Shown here piece by piece: positions 8,541-16,770 of a stretch of 64,000 nt of DNA. The DNA is taken from NCBI GenBank assembly GCA_043806735.1, contig JAZDGR010000052.1:9995-73994 (forward strand), written 5' to 3'. A program made the translations under genes and the position numbers. Position 1 is the first letter of the stretch. Each line of letters starts with the position of its first letter. The DNA is from a bacterium (GTDB lineage Bacteria > Bacteroidota > Bacteroidia > Bacteroidales > FEN-979). The notes beneath the pieces are model-generated. The model was not told where the DNA came from, did no database searches, and saw nothing but the letters and a program-made list of their open reading frames with translations.

Positions 8541-9915
8541 TCGATTCGATCTCCTGTACCGTTTTCGGGATGGGTTTGCCAAGTACCCGGAATCCGGTGC
8601 GGGTAACGAGCACGTTGTCTTCTATGCGGATCCCGCCAAAATCCCTGTAGGTATCAACTATGTCGTAGTTGATGAATTGAGTGTGTTTTTTCTCTGATTT
8701 CCAACTATCGATGAGTTCGGGAATGAAGTAGATCCCTGGTTCGATGGTCATGACAAAGTGCTCTTGCAGACGTCGGCCAAAACGGAGGAATCCGAGGCCG
8801 AATTCTTTGCTCCGTTTGATCTCTTCGTCATAGCCGACAAAAGATTCTCCGAGTCCCTCCAGGTCATGCACATCCAGTCCGATCGGATGGCCTAGTCCGT
8901 GCGGGAAAAACATTGTGTGGGCTCCCTGGCTGACCGCCTCATCGGGATCGCCTTTCATGATCCCGATGTCCTTCAGCCCTTTCGCAATCTCCTTCGCAGC
9001 AAGCAGGTGAATATCCCTGAACGGGACACCCGGTTTGATGGCTTCGATGGTAGCTAAATTGGCAGCCAAAACAACCTTGTATATCCCCTCCTGCCGGTGG
9101 GAAAACTCCCCTCCAACCGGGACGGTTCGCGTAATGTCGCTAGCATAATGGTATTCTGATTCGCTTCCGGCATCGATGACGAGCATCCGGTCGGGCATCA
9201 ACATATTGCCATGATAATGGTTATGAAGGGTTTGTCCGTTGATGGTGAGGATGACCGGAAAAGAGACTCCGCAGGCGTTGGCGAGTGCAATTCCTTCGAT
9301 AGTCCCTGCAATTTCGCGTTCAATGGTCCCGGGTCGCGCCATCTTCATGGCGGTGGTCTGCATTATCCAGGCCACATCCACCATGCTTTCCATCTCCTGG
9401 ATCTCAAGGTTGTCTTTCTTCATCCGGAGTTTTATTACCCCTTTGATCAGGGATTCGGATACCTGATTTCGCACTTCGCTAAAGGGAATATCGAGCAGCT
9501 CTGAAATTTGGATGATCGTCTCGCCGCGATAGGGAGGAAGATAGTGAACTTTCCTCCCCCTGGCAACAGCTGCCCGCAGTATGCTTTCCAGCTCCGTCAT
9601 GGGGTAAGTTACTTCCACCCCTGCCTGGTTGCCCCGTTCCTTCATGGTAGGCTGCTTGCCTATCCAGATGATGTCGGTGATGTCGACGTCATTCCCGAAA
9701 AGGTAATCTTTCCCTCCATCCAGGTCGATGATCCCGGTCAGGTCGGGTTGGTCCAGTCCGAAAAAATAGAGAAAGTTGCTGTCCTGCCTGAATGAGTATG
9801 TATTGGCCGGATAGTTGAAGGATACCTCCTGGTTGCCCGGAAAAAACAACAAACCGCCGTCTACCTCATTGCGAAGCTTGTTTCTTCTGTCTTTGTAGAT
9901 GCTTGAAGGGAACAT
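8527..9915 (-). CDS. Xaa-Pro aminopeptidase (M24B family)
   Basis: 462 aa. M24 metal-ligand blocks: VIDAGSESEYHYASDITRT, FFPHGLGHPIGLDVHD, MTIEPGIY, IRIEDNVLVT. Confidence 0.85.
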   Translation of the reverse strand: MFPSSIYKDRRNKLRNEVDGGLLFFPGNQEVSFNYPANTYSFRQDSNFLYFFGLDQPDLTGIIDLDGGKDYLFGNDVDITDIIWIGKQPTMKERGNQAGVEVTYPMTELESILRAAVARGRKVHYLPPYRGETIIQISELLDIPFSEVRNQVSESLIKGVIKLRMKKDNLEIQEMESMVDVAWIMQTTAMKMARPGTIEREIAGTIEGIALANACGVSFPVILTINGQTLHNHYHGNMLMPDRMLVIDAGSESEYHYASDITRTVPVGGEFSHRQEGIYKVVLAANLATIEAIKPGVPFRDIHLLAAKEIAKGLKDIGIMKGDPDEAVSQGAHTMFFPHGLGHPIGLDVHDLEGLGESFVGYDEEIKRSKEFGLGFLRFGRRLQEHFVMTIEPGIYFIPELIDSWKSEKKHTQFINYDIVDTYRDFGGIRIEDNVLVTRTGFRVLGKPIPKTVQEIESIMAV

Positions 9916-9982
9916 AATTTAGATTGTTTTAAAATATGAATAAAATCCGTTTTCAGGTGTCGAAGGTACAAAAAATATCTTC

Positions 9983-9990
9983 TAACTTTG
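9983..9990 (+). promoter_or_regulatory. Bacteroidota -7 box TAACTTTG upstream of sdhC
   Basis: Matches TAnnTTTG and ends 25 nt before the ATG at 10016. Confidence 0.45.
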
Positions 9991-10015
9991 TCCATCATCT
10001 ATATAACCATTCACT

Positions 10016-10690
10016 ATGAGTTCTTCACTGTTGCACTTTTCATCCATCACCAAGAAGATCTGGATGGCTTTCCTCGGTTTATTCCTGATGGTTTTTCTGG
10101 TCGTTCACCTGGGCATCAACCTTTGCCTGTTGCGTGACGATGGCGGAGCCTGGTTTCACGAAGCGGCGCATTTCATGGGGACCAACTACATCGTAAAGGT
10201 CTTTGAAGTGATTTTGTTCGGGGGGTTCATCTTTCACATCTTGCTGGGGATTCTCCTGCAACTCCGCAACTGGATGTCGCGCCCGACGCGATACCGCATC
10301 AACAACCGTTCAACCACCCCGTTCCTGAGTAAATACATGATCTACTCCGGAGGGATCGTGCTGATTTTCCTGATCATCCATTTCATGAACTTCTATTTTA
10401 TCAGGCTGGGCTGGGTTGAAAGTCCGGTTGCCCCCTTGGAAGGCGGGGAGCCCGATTTTTATGAAACAGCCCGCTGGTTGTTCGTCCAACCTTTTTATTC
10501 GGTGCTTTACATCTTCCTGATGGTAGTCCTCGCGTTTCATCTAAACCATTCGTTTGGCGCAGTTTTTCAGACGTTCGGACTAGCTCATAAGACCTATACT
10601 CCGTACATCAAGGGATTTGGAACTTTCTATTCAATCGTGATCCCTGCTGGTTTCATTATCATACCGCTCTATTTTTTAATTTTTAGTTAG
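10016..10690 (+). CDS. sdhC: succinate dehydrogenase / fumarate reductase cytochrome b subunit (b558 type)
   Basis: 224 aa with about 5 TM helices carrying His residues. It lies directly upstream of the flavoprotein subunit. Confidence 0.8.
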   Translation: MSSSLLHFSSITKKIWMAFLGLFLMVFLVVHLGINLCLLRDDGGAWFHEAAHFMGTNYIVKVFEVILFGGFIFHILLGILLQLRNWMSRPTRYRINNRSTTPFLSKYMIYSGGIVLIFLIIHFMNFYFIRLGWVESPVAPLEGGEPDFYETARWLFVQPFYSVLYIFLMVVLAFHLNHSFGAVFQTFGLAHKTYTPYIKGFGTFYSIVIPAGFIIIPLYFLIFS

Positions 10691-10695
10691 TTCGT

Positions 10696-12633
10696 ATGGC
10701 TGAATTAAGTTCAAAAATTCCACAGGGTCCGGTGGCAGAAAAATGGACCCGGTATAAAGCTCATCAGAACCTGGTCAATCCTTCCAACAAACGGAAACTG
10801 GATGTACTTGTCGTGGGAACCGGTCTGGCCGGCGCTTCTGCGGCTGCCTCTCTCGGGGAGCTCGGGTTCAATGTCAAGATCTTCTGTTACCAGGATAGCC
10901 CTCGCCGGGCGCACAGCATTGCGGCCCAGGGCGGGATCAATGCGGCGAAAAACTATCCGAACGACGGCGACAGCATTTACAGGTTATATTACGACACAAT
11001 CAAGGGAGGCGACTACCGTTCGCGCGAAGCCAACGTATACCGGCTCGCGGAAGTGAGTAACGACATCATCGACCAGTGCGTGGCCCAGGGGGTTCCCTTT
11101 GCGCGCGAATACAGCGGGTTGCTGGAGAACCGTTCGTTTGGCGGAGCGCAGGTGTCTCGCACGTTTTATGCCCGCGGACAAAGCGGACAACAGCTGCTGC
11201 TCGGAGCTTACGGATCGCTGAGTCGCCAGATCAAGGAGGGTCAGGTCAAGATGTACAACCGGCATGAGATGATGGACGTAGTGATGGTGGATGGGAAAGC
11301 CCGTGGGATTATCGCGCGTGATCTGATCACCGGGGAACTGGAGCGTTATTTCGGCCATACCGTGATCATTGCTACCGGAGGGTATGGAAACGTTTTCTAC
11401 CTTTCCACCAATGCCATGGGTTCCAACACAAGCGCCATCTGGCAGATCTTCAAAAAAGGGGCTTTCTTTGCCAATCCCTGTTTTACCCAGATCCATCCCA
11501 CCTGCATCCCGGTTCACGGGGATTATCAGTCGAAGCTTACCCTGATGAGTGAGAGCCTCCGGAATGACGGCCGTATCTGGGTCCCGAAAAACAAGGAAAC
11601 TGCCGAAAAGGTCCGCAAAAGGGAACTAAAAGCCAACCAGGTCAAAGAGGAAGACAGGGATTATTTCCTCGAACGCAGATATCCTGCTTTCGGGAACCTG
11701 GTTCCGCGCGATGTAGCTTCACGGGCAGCCAAAGAGCGTTGCGATGCCGGGTACGGAGTTGGAGATACCGGGCTGGCCGTCTTCCTCGACTTTGCCGATT
11801 CCATCAAACGGCTCGGAAAGCACGTGATCGAAGAACGATATGGAAACCTTTTCCAGATGTATGAAAAGATCGTGGACGAAAACCCTTACGAAAATCCCAT
11901 GATGATCTTCCCGGCCGTCCACTATACCATGGGCGGGACCTGGGTTGATTACGAACTGATGAGCACCGTCCAGGGGCTGTTTGTTGCGGGAGAGGCCAAC
12001 TTTTCCGACCACGGCGCTAACCGTCTGGGGGCTTCTGCCCTGATGCAGGGGCTGGCCGACGGCTATTTCGTATTGCCTTATACCATCCAGAACTACCTCT
12101 CGGACCAGATTAATGTCCCCAGGATATCCACAGACAAACAGGAGTTTGCCGCTGCGGAACAAGCCGTCGCGGCAAGGCTTGAGAAACTGATGGTCATCAA
12201 GGGAACAAAATCGGTCGACCATTTTCACAAAGCCCTGGGAAAGATTATGTGGGAATATGTCGGAATGGGGAGAAACGCGGAGGGGTTAAAGAAGGCCATC
12301 GCCCTGATCAGGGAACTCCGGGAGGATTTCTGGAAAGAGGTAAAGATCCCCGGAAAAGCAAACGAAATGAATATCGAACTCGAGAAGGCCAACCGGGTAG
12401 CCGACTTCCTGGAACTCGGGGAGCTGATGGCCCTCGACGCCCTGGAGCGGAATGAAAGCTGTGGCGGCCATTTCCGCGAAGAGTTCCAGACCGAAGAAGG
12501 AGAGTGCTTGCGCGACGATAAAGATTATATGTATGTTGCCGCCTGGGAGTACAAAGGCGAAGGCGAATTCGTACTACATAAGGAGCCGCTTGTTTACGAA
12601 GAGATCGAGGTGAAGCAGCGGGTGTACAAATAG
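10696..12633 (+). CDS. sdhA: succinate dehydrogenase / fumarate reductase flavoprotein subunit
   Basis: 645 aa. FAD-binding motif [31 protein letters not shown], and the C-terminal [10 protein letters not shown]. Confidence 0.92.
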   Translation: MAELSSKIPQGPVAEKWTRYKAHQNLVNPSNKRKLDVLVVGTGLAGASAAASLGELGFNVKIFCYQDSPRRAHSIAAQGGINAAKNYPNDGDSIYRLYYDTIKGGDYRSREANVYRLAEVSNDIIDQCVAQGVPFAREYSGLLENRSFGGAQVSRTFYARGQSGQQLLLGAYGSLSRQIKEGQVKMYNRHEMMDVVMVDGKARGIIARDLITGELERYFGHTVIIATGGYGNVFYLSTNAMGSNTSAIWQIFKKGAFFANPCFTQIHPTCIPVHGDYQSKLTLMSESLRNDGRIWVPKNKETAEKVRKRELKANQVKEEDRDYFLERRYPAFGNLVPRDVASRAAKERCDAGYGVGDTGLAVFLDFADSIKRLGKHVIEERYGNLFQMYEKIVDENPYENPMMIFPAVHYTMGGTWVDYELMSTVQGLFVAGEANFSDHGANRLGASALMQGLADGYFVLPYTIQNYLSDQINVPRISTDKQEFAAAEQAVAARLEKLMVIKGTKSVDHFHKALGKIMWEYVGMGRNAEGLKKAIALIRELREDFWKEVKIPGKANEMNIELEKANRVADFLELGELMALDALERNESCGGHFREEFQTEEGECLRDDKDYMYVAAWEYKGEGEFVLHKEPLVYEEIEVKQRVYK

Positions 12634-12661
12634 CGATTAGGGATTAGGGATTAGGGGTTAG
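12634..12661. repeat. heptanucleotide tandem array (GGATTAG)x4, left bracket of the four-helix-bundle cassette
   Basis: Reads cgattag ggattag ggattag gggttag and starts on the base after the sdhA TAG stop. Confidence 0.9.
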
Positions 12662-12669
12662 AATTGTAA

Positions 12670-13053
12670 ATGAATGTGCCAAAGAAAATAGTGTCGTATC
12701 ATGATTTGGAGGTCTGGAGGCGTGGCGTGGAATTAGTAAAACAGGTCTATAAGATAACATCTGGATTTCCAAAATCTGAGTTATATGGTATGACTTCTCA
12801 GATTCGCAGGGCTGCTATTTCATTTCCTGCAAATATCGCTGAGGGTTGGGGGCGGGAATCCTCAAAAAACTATATACAGTTTTTGCGAAATTCCAGAGGT
12901 TCTTTATTTGAATTGGATACATTGCTAATAATTACACAAGAACTCAGTTATATTTCAACCGATCAAAGTAATAATATCCGGAAGGAAATAAATGAGCTTG
13001 GAAAAATGTTAAACTCAATTATTCAAAAAATCAATGCAAGGATTTCGGAATAG
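12670..13053 (+). CDS. four-helix-bundle protein (23S rRNA intervening-sequence protein / Avd-like family)
   Basis: 127 aa. Family-typical text: YHDLEVWRRGVELVKQVYKITSGFPKSELYGMTSQIRRAAISFPANIAEGWGR...FLRNSRGSLFELDT. It is inserted between sdhA and sdhB. Confidence 0.85.
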   Translation: MNVPKKIVSYHDLEVWRRGVELVKQVYKITSGFPKSELYGMTSQIRRAAISFPANIAEGWGRESSKNYIQFLRNSRGSLFELDTLLIITQELSYISTDQSNNIRKEINELGKMLNSIIQKINARISE

Positions 13054-13070
13054 CTTTCTAGTTCCTCAAC

Positions 13071-13119
13071 CCTAATCGCTAATCCCTAATCCCTAATCCC
13101 TAATCCCTAATCGCTTATT
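13071..13119. repeat. heptanucleotide tandem array (CCTAATC)x6 plus one degenerate unit, right bracket, inverted relative to 12634-12661
   Basis: Reads cctaatc gctaatc cctaatc cctaatc cctaatc cctaatc gcttatt and ends on the base before the sdhB ATG (13120). CCTAATC is the reverse complement of GATTAGG. Confidence 0.9.
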
Positions 13120-13860
13120 ATGAAACTTACGCTCAAGATCTGGAGGCAAAAAGACGCTAAATCGAGAGGAAAATTTGTTTCCTACAGCATCGACAACATT
13201 TCACCAAACTGCTCCTTTCTGGAGATGCTCGACATCCTGAATGAACAGTTGATCGGGAAAGACGAGGAACCCGTGACCTTTGACCACGATTGCCGCGAAG
13301 GGATTTGCGGGATGTGCAGTTTGTACATCAACGGCCGTCCGCATGGTCCCGACGACGCCATCACCACCTGTCAGCTCCATATGCGGAAGTTCAAAGACGG
13401 CGAACCCATTGTTGTCGAACCTTGGCGGGCTAAGCCTTTTCCCGTGATCAAGGACTTGATCATTGACCGGACGGCCTTTGATAAGATCATTCAGGAGGCC
13501 GGCTACATTTCTGTGAGAACGGGAGGGACGCCGGATGCCAACAGCATCCTGATCAGCAAGGTCGATTCCGATCTGGCCATGGATGCTGCGGCTTGCATCG
13601 GGTGCGGCGCCTGCGTGGCCGCCTGTAAAAATGCTTCGGCCATGTTGTTTGTTTCAGCTAAGGTTTCCCAGTTTGCGCTTCTTCCTCAGGGGCAGGTGGA
13701 AGCAAAGGAACGTGTGAAAAAGATGGTGGCCAAGATGGACGAACTGGGGTTCGGGAACTGCACCAATACTTATGCCTGCGAAGTCGAATGTCCGAAGCTG
13801 GTTTCCCGCTCCAACATCGCCCGGATGAACCGGGAGTTTATTTTTGCCAAGATTCTTTAG
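13120..13860 (+). CDS. sdhB: succinate dehydrogenase / fumarate reductase iron-sulfur subunit
   Basis: 246 aa with three Cys clusters: [33 protein letters not shown]. Confidence 0.92.
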   Translation: MKLTLKIWRQKDAKSRGKFVSYSIDNISPNCSFLEMLDILNEQLIGKDEEPVTFDHDCREGICGMCSLYINGRPHGPDDAITTCQLHMRKFKDGEPIVVEPWRAKPFPVIKDLIIDRTAFDKIIQEAGYISVRTGGTPDANSILISKVDSDLAMDAAACIGCGACVAACKNASAMLFVSAKVSQFALLPQGQVEAKERVKKMVAKMDELGFGNCTNTYACEVECPKLVSRSNIARMNREFIFAKIL

Positions 13861-13968
13861 CCCCTAAATCCCCACTTGCCCCCAAACCCCCTAAAGGGGG
13901 CTTATTCCCGCTTCGCGGGATTATCCTCCTGAAAAGGAGGAGTAAGTCCCCTTCAGGGGATTTAGGGG
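13861..13968. repeat. 108-bp nested-palindrome element (terminal inverted repeat CCCCTAAATCCCC / GGGGATTTAGGGG)
   Basis: Starts on the base after the sdhB stop. A 13-bp perfect terminal inverted repeat encloses the mini-hairpins ccccctaaaggggg, cccgcttcgcggg, cctcctgaaaaggagg and ccccttcagggg. Confidence 0.85.
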
Positions 13969-13983
13969 CAAACGAGACAAGAC

Positions 13984-15096
13984 ATGAAATTCATTGATAT
14001 CCAGACAGACAAAACAATCAAGCAGAAGTTGATCCAAACCATTCAGGATCAGCGAGTCAGCCATGCTCAGTTGTTTTATGGACCCGAAGGGTCAGGAAAA
14101 CTGGCCCTGGCCATCGCATATGCGCAGATGATTAATTGCACTGCCCCTAAATCCCCTGACTTACCCCCCGGCCCCCTAAAGGGGGAGGTTTCCCCCCAAG
14201 GGGGAAGTAAGTCCCCTTTAGGGGATTTAGGGGTGGACTCCTGCGGCATCTGCCCCTCCTGCATTCAGTTCCAGAAACTGGCCCATCCCGACCTCCACTT
14301 CTTTTATCCTACCGCTACCACGAAACAGGTTTCATCCAAGCCTTCCAGCAAACATTTCATCGAAGAGTGGAGGAAGTTTCTCCTGGAAAATAACTACCGG
14401 GTGAACCTGGCCGGGTGGTACGATTTCATCGGGATTGAAAACAAACAGGGGACGATCTATGCCGACGATGCCAACGAGATCAACCGCATCCTGAGTTACA
14501 AGAGCTATGAGTCGGAATACAAGGTCGTCATTATCTGGATGATCGAAAAACTGTTTCATGCAGCCGCGCCCAAGTTGCTCAAGATCCTCGAAGAACCACC
14601 CGAAAAGACACTGTTCATCCTGGTTTCCGACAACCCCGATCAGGTCATTCCGACCCTTGTATCCCGTTGCCTTCCGGTGAGGATTCCAAAGATTCAACCA
14701 GAGGAGACGCGGTTGACTTCGAAAGAGGATCAGGTTCTGTTTGAGACCTTCCGGAAATGGATGCGGATCTGTTTTGCCAACAACATTCCCGAACTAATCG
14801 GTTTTGCATCTGACGTGGGGAAAATCGGCAGGGAAAAGCAAAAAAGCCTTCTTCAGTACGGACTGGACCTTTCGGGAAACGCGCTCGCTCTCCGGCATGG
14901 GTTTTTCCGGGGATCAGCTTCCGGAGGCGAAGAATCGGAGTTCATAAAAAAGTTTTCGCCGTTCCTTTCCGAAACAAAACTGCTTCCCTTTTATACCCTG
15001 CTCAACTCCTCCATCTACCACATCGAACGCAACGCCCATGCGCCGACGCTCTTTCTTGATCTGTCGTTGAAGTTCACCGGGCTGCTCAAAAGATAA
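13984..15096 (+). CDS. holB: DNA polymerase III delta-prime subunit (clamp-loader), carrying a 30-codon repeat-derived insert
   Basis: 370 aa. It has GPEGSGK, the zinc-module-like CGICPSC...HPDLHFFYP and the SRC motif LVSRCL. An extra segment PKSPDLPPGPLKGEVSPQGGSKSPLGDLGV sits just before the Cys module. Confidence 0.8.
   Translation: MKFIDIQTDKTIKQKLIQTIQDQRVSHAQLFYGPEGSGKLALAIAYAQMINCTAPKSPDLPPGPLKGEVSPQGGSKSPLGDLGVDSCGICPSCIQFQKLAHPDLHFFYPTATTKQVSSKPSSKHFIEEWRKFLLENNYRVNLAGWYDFIGIENKQGTIYADDANEINRILSYKSYESEYKVVIIWMIEKLFHAAAPKLLKILEEPPEKTLFILVSDNPDQVIPTLVSRCLPVRIPKIQPEETRLTSKEDQVLFETFRKWMRICFANNIPELIGFASDVGKIGREKQKSLLQYGLDLSGNALALRHGFFRGSASGGEESEFIKKFSPFLSETKLLPFYTLLNSSIYHIERNAHAPTLFLDLSLKFTGLLKR
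14144..14233. repeat. 90-bp nested-palindrome element, same family as 13861-13968, in frame inside holB
   Basis: It has the same 13-bp termini (cccctaaatcccc ... ggggatttagggg), an inner inverted pair gacttac/gtaagtc, and the mini-hairpins ccccctaaaggggg and ccccccaaggggg. Length is 90 nt, i.e. 30 codons. Confidence 0.85.
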
Positions 15097-15102
15097 TTTT
15101 TG

Positions 15103-15110
15103 TACATTTG
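15103..15110 (+). promoter_or_regulatory. Bacteroidota -7 box TACATTTG upstream of the PSP1 gene
   Basis: Matches TAnnTTTG and ends 17 nt before the ATG at 15128. Confidence 0.4.
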
Positions 15111-15127
15111 CGTAGATTTCCTGAACT

Positions 15128-16249
15128 ATGGACGAACCCGAAGCAAAACCGACTCCGCTTGAGTCCAATCCATTTTTGAGCCGGGGCTGCGTGGAGCCAC
15201 CGCGAATCGGCCATAAAAATGACGGGATCTTCAGCCACCGGTGTAGCAAGTTTGACACCTTCAATTGGCTGGAAAAGTTGCCGGTATCCGCCGGGTATAC
15301 TCCTCCCGATGTGGTGGAAGTCAGGTTTAAAAACAGCCGCAAAGATTTTTTCCGGACAACGCCCGACATCGAATTGAGAGTCGGAGACATCGTAGCCGTG
15401 GAGGCATCGCCCGGGCACGACATCGGGATCGTCAGCATGACCGGCGAAATTGTCCGGTTGCAGATGCGAAACAGGGGGATCCGGCCCGCTTCGGAAGAGA
15501 TCCGCAAAGTATACCGGCGGGCACGCATCAGTGATGTGGAAAAGTGGATCGCGGCGGTGGAGTTGGAAAATTCCACCATGTTCAAATCCCGTGAGATGGC
15601 CGAAAAGCTGGGGCTGTCGATGAAGATCAACGACGTGGAATACCAGGGGGATAACACCAAAGCCATTTTCTACTATACCGCCGACGACCGGGTCGACTTC
15701 CGGGAGCTGATCAAGGTGCTGGCCGAGGAGTTCAAGGTGCGAATCGAAATGAAGCAGATCGGCGCCAGGCAGGAAGCCAGCCGGCTTGGCGGAATCGGTT
15801 CGTGCGGAAGGGGACTCTGTTGCTCGACCTGGTTGAGCCATTTTCACTCCGTGACTACGCAGGCCGCCCGGGTCCAGCAACTCTCCATGAATCCTCAAAA
15901 ACTGGCCGGACAATGCGGCAAGCTGAAATGCTGCCTCAACTACGAATATGAAACCTATGTGGATGCCCTGAAGGATTTTCCCGATACCGATACGGTTCTG
16001 AAAACCAGGAAGGGTGACGCTTTTCATCAGAAGACCGACATTTTCAACAAGCTGATCTGGTACTCCTACGCCGGGACTACCAGTAACCAGATGGCCATTC
16101 CTGTCGATCAGGTGATCCAGGTCATCGAACAAAATAAAAAAGGGATCTTTCCCGAAAACCTGGAAGATCTCTCCAATAGTACCGAACAAAAAACCGACTT
16201 CGAAAACGGGAACGGACCAGATGACCTGAGTTACCTTGATCATTCCTAG
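15128..16249 (+). CDS. PSP1 domain protein (RicT/YaaT-like)
   Basis: 373 aa. PSP1 core: GDIVAVEASPGHDIGIV...AIFYYTADDRVDFRELIKVLAEEFKVRIEMKQIGARQEA...GSCGRGLCCSTW...CGKLKCCLNYE. Confidence 0.8.
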   Translation: MDEPEAKPTPLESNPFLSRGCVEPPRIGHKNDGIFSHRCSKFDTFNWLEKLPVSAGYTPPDVVEVRFKNSRKDFFRTTPDIELRVGDIVAVEASPGHDIGIVSMTGEIVRLQMRNRGIRPASEEIRKVYRRARISDVEKWIAAVELENSTMFKSREMAEKLGLSMKINDVEYQGDNTKAIFYYTADDRVDFRELIKVLAEEFKVRIEMKQIGARQEASRLGGIGSCGRGLCCSTWLSHFHSVTTQAARVQQLSMNPQKLAGQCGKLKCCLNYEYETYVDALKDFPDTDTVLKTRKGDAFHQKTDIFNKLIWYSYAGTTSNQMAIPVDQVIQVIEQNKKGIFPENLEDLSNSTEQKTDFENGNGPDDLSYLDHS

Positions 16250-16272
16250 TTCCGGTTGAAGTCCTCCGAAGC

Positions 16273-16749
16273 ATGCATCCTAACATCCGGATATCTCTCT
16301 TCGTTATTCAACTTGCCGTTGCCTGGTCACTTTGTTCGTGCCTCGACAACCGGGTCTTTGATGAGAGCATGAGAATAGAGAAAGGGGTGTGGAAGGCGGA
16401 TAACATTGCATCCTTTTCCGTCGTTATTACCGATACCATTGCCTTATACGATTTTTACGTGGATGTAAGAAATGACATAAGCTATAAATTCAGCAACCTG
16501 TATCTTTTTCTCAGGACAGATTTTCCCGATGGCCGGGTAACCCGGGATACGATCGAATGCATCCTGGCAACATACGAAGGAAAGTGGCTGGGTTCGGGGA
16601 TCGGGAGCGTAAGGTCCAGCAGGTTCCTGTTTCAGAAAGGAATGCGGTTCAAGATTCCGGGAACCTACTGGTTTGCATTTGAGCAGGCCATGCGTGTCCC
16701 TGATCTTGAGGGGATTCGTGATTTCGGGATCCGTATTGACAAGGAATAA
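16273..16749 (+). CDS. gldH: gliding-motility lipoprotein GldH-like
   Basis: 158 aa. It has a lipoprotein signal with Cys (AWSLCSC). Its size and pattern (RVFDE...W.K.D...F....D....YDF.V.VRN...Y.FSNLYLFL...PDG...D..E..LA...GKWLG.G...) match my recollection of GldH. The usual holB-PSP1-gldH neighbourhood is present. Confidence 0.7.
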   Translation: MHPNIRISLFVIQLAVAWSLCSCLDNRVFDESMRIEKGVWKADNIASFSVVITDTIALYDFYVDVRNDISYKFSNLYLFLRTDFPDGRVTRDTIECILATYEGKWLGSGIGSVRSSRFLFQKGMRFKIPGTYWFAFEQAMRVPDLEGIRDFGIRIDKE

Positions 16750-16770
16750 TTCTCTGCTAGTCAAAATATA

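Noticed and set aside
12634-13119. TTAGGG-like repeats that could suggest telomeric or eukaryotic contamination
   Set aside because: The unit is a heptamer (GGATTAG), not TTAGGG. The arrays are only 4-7 units long and inverted relative to each other. They sit between the sdhA stop and the sdhB start of an intact bacterial operon.
14144-14233. The holB insert as an intein or a frameshift/assembly error
   Set aside because: It is only 30 codons and has no intein splice motifs. The reading frame and the downstream holB motifs remain intact. A second copy of the same palindromic element nearby explains it as a repeat insertion. Assembly error cannot be fully excluded without reads.
15086-16243. 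Long antisense ORFs. This one is 385 aa. Others are 7213-7959 (-), 19158-20204 (+), 58213-59175 (-) and 1167-1637 (+).
   Set aside because: Each lies opposite a gene with clear family motifs (PSP1, gmk, saccharopine DH, ABC permease, cheR). Their translations are Arg/Pro/Gly-rich nonsense typical of the reverse frames of real genes.
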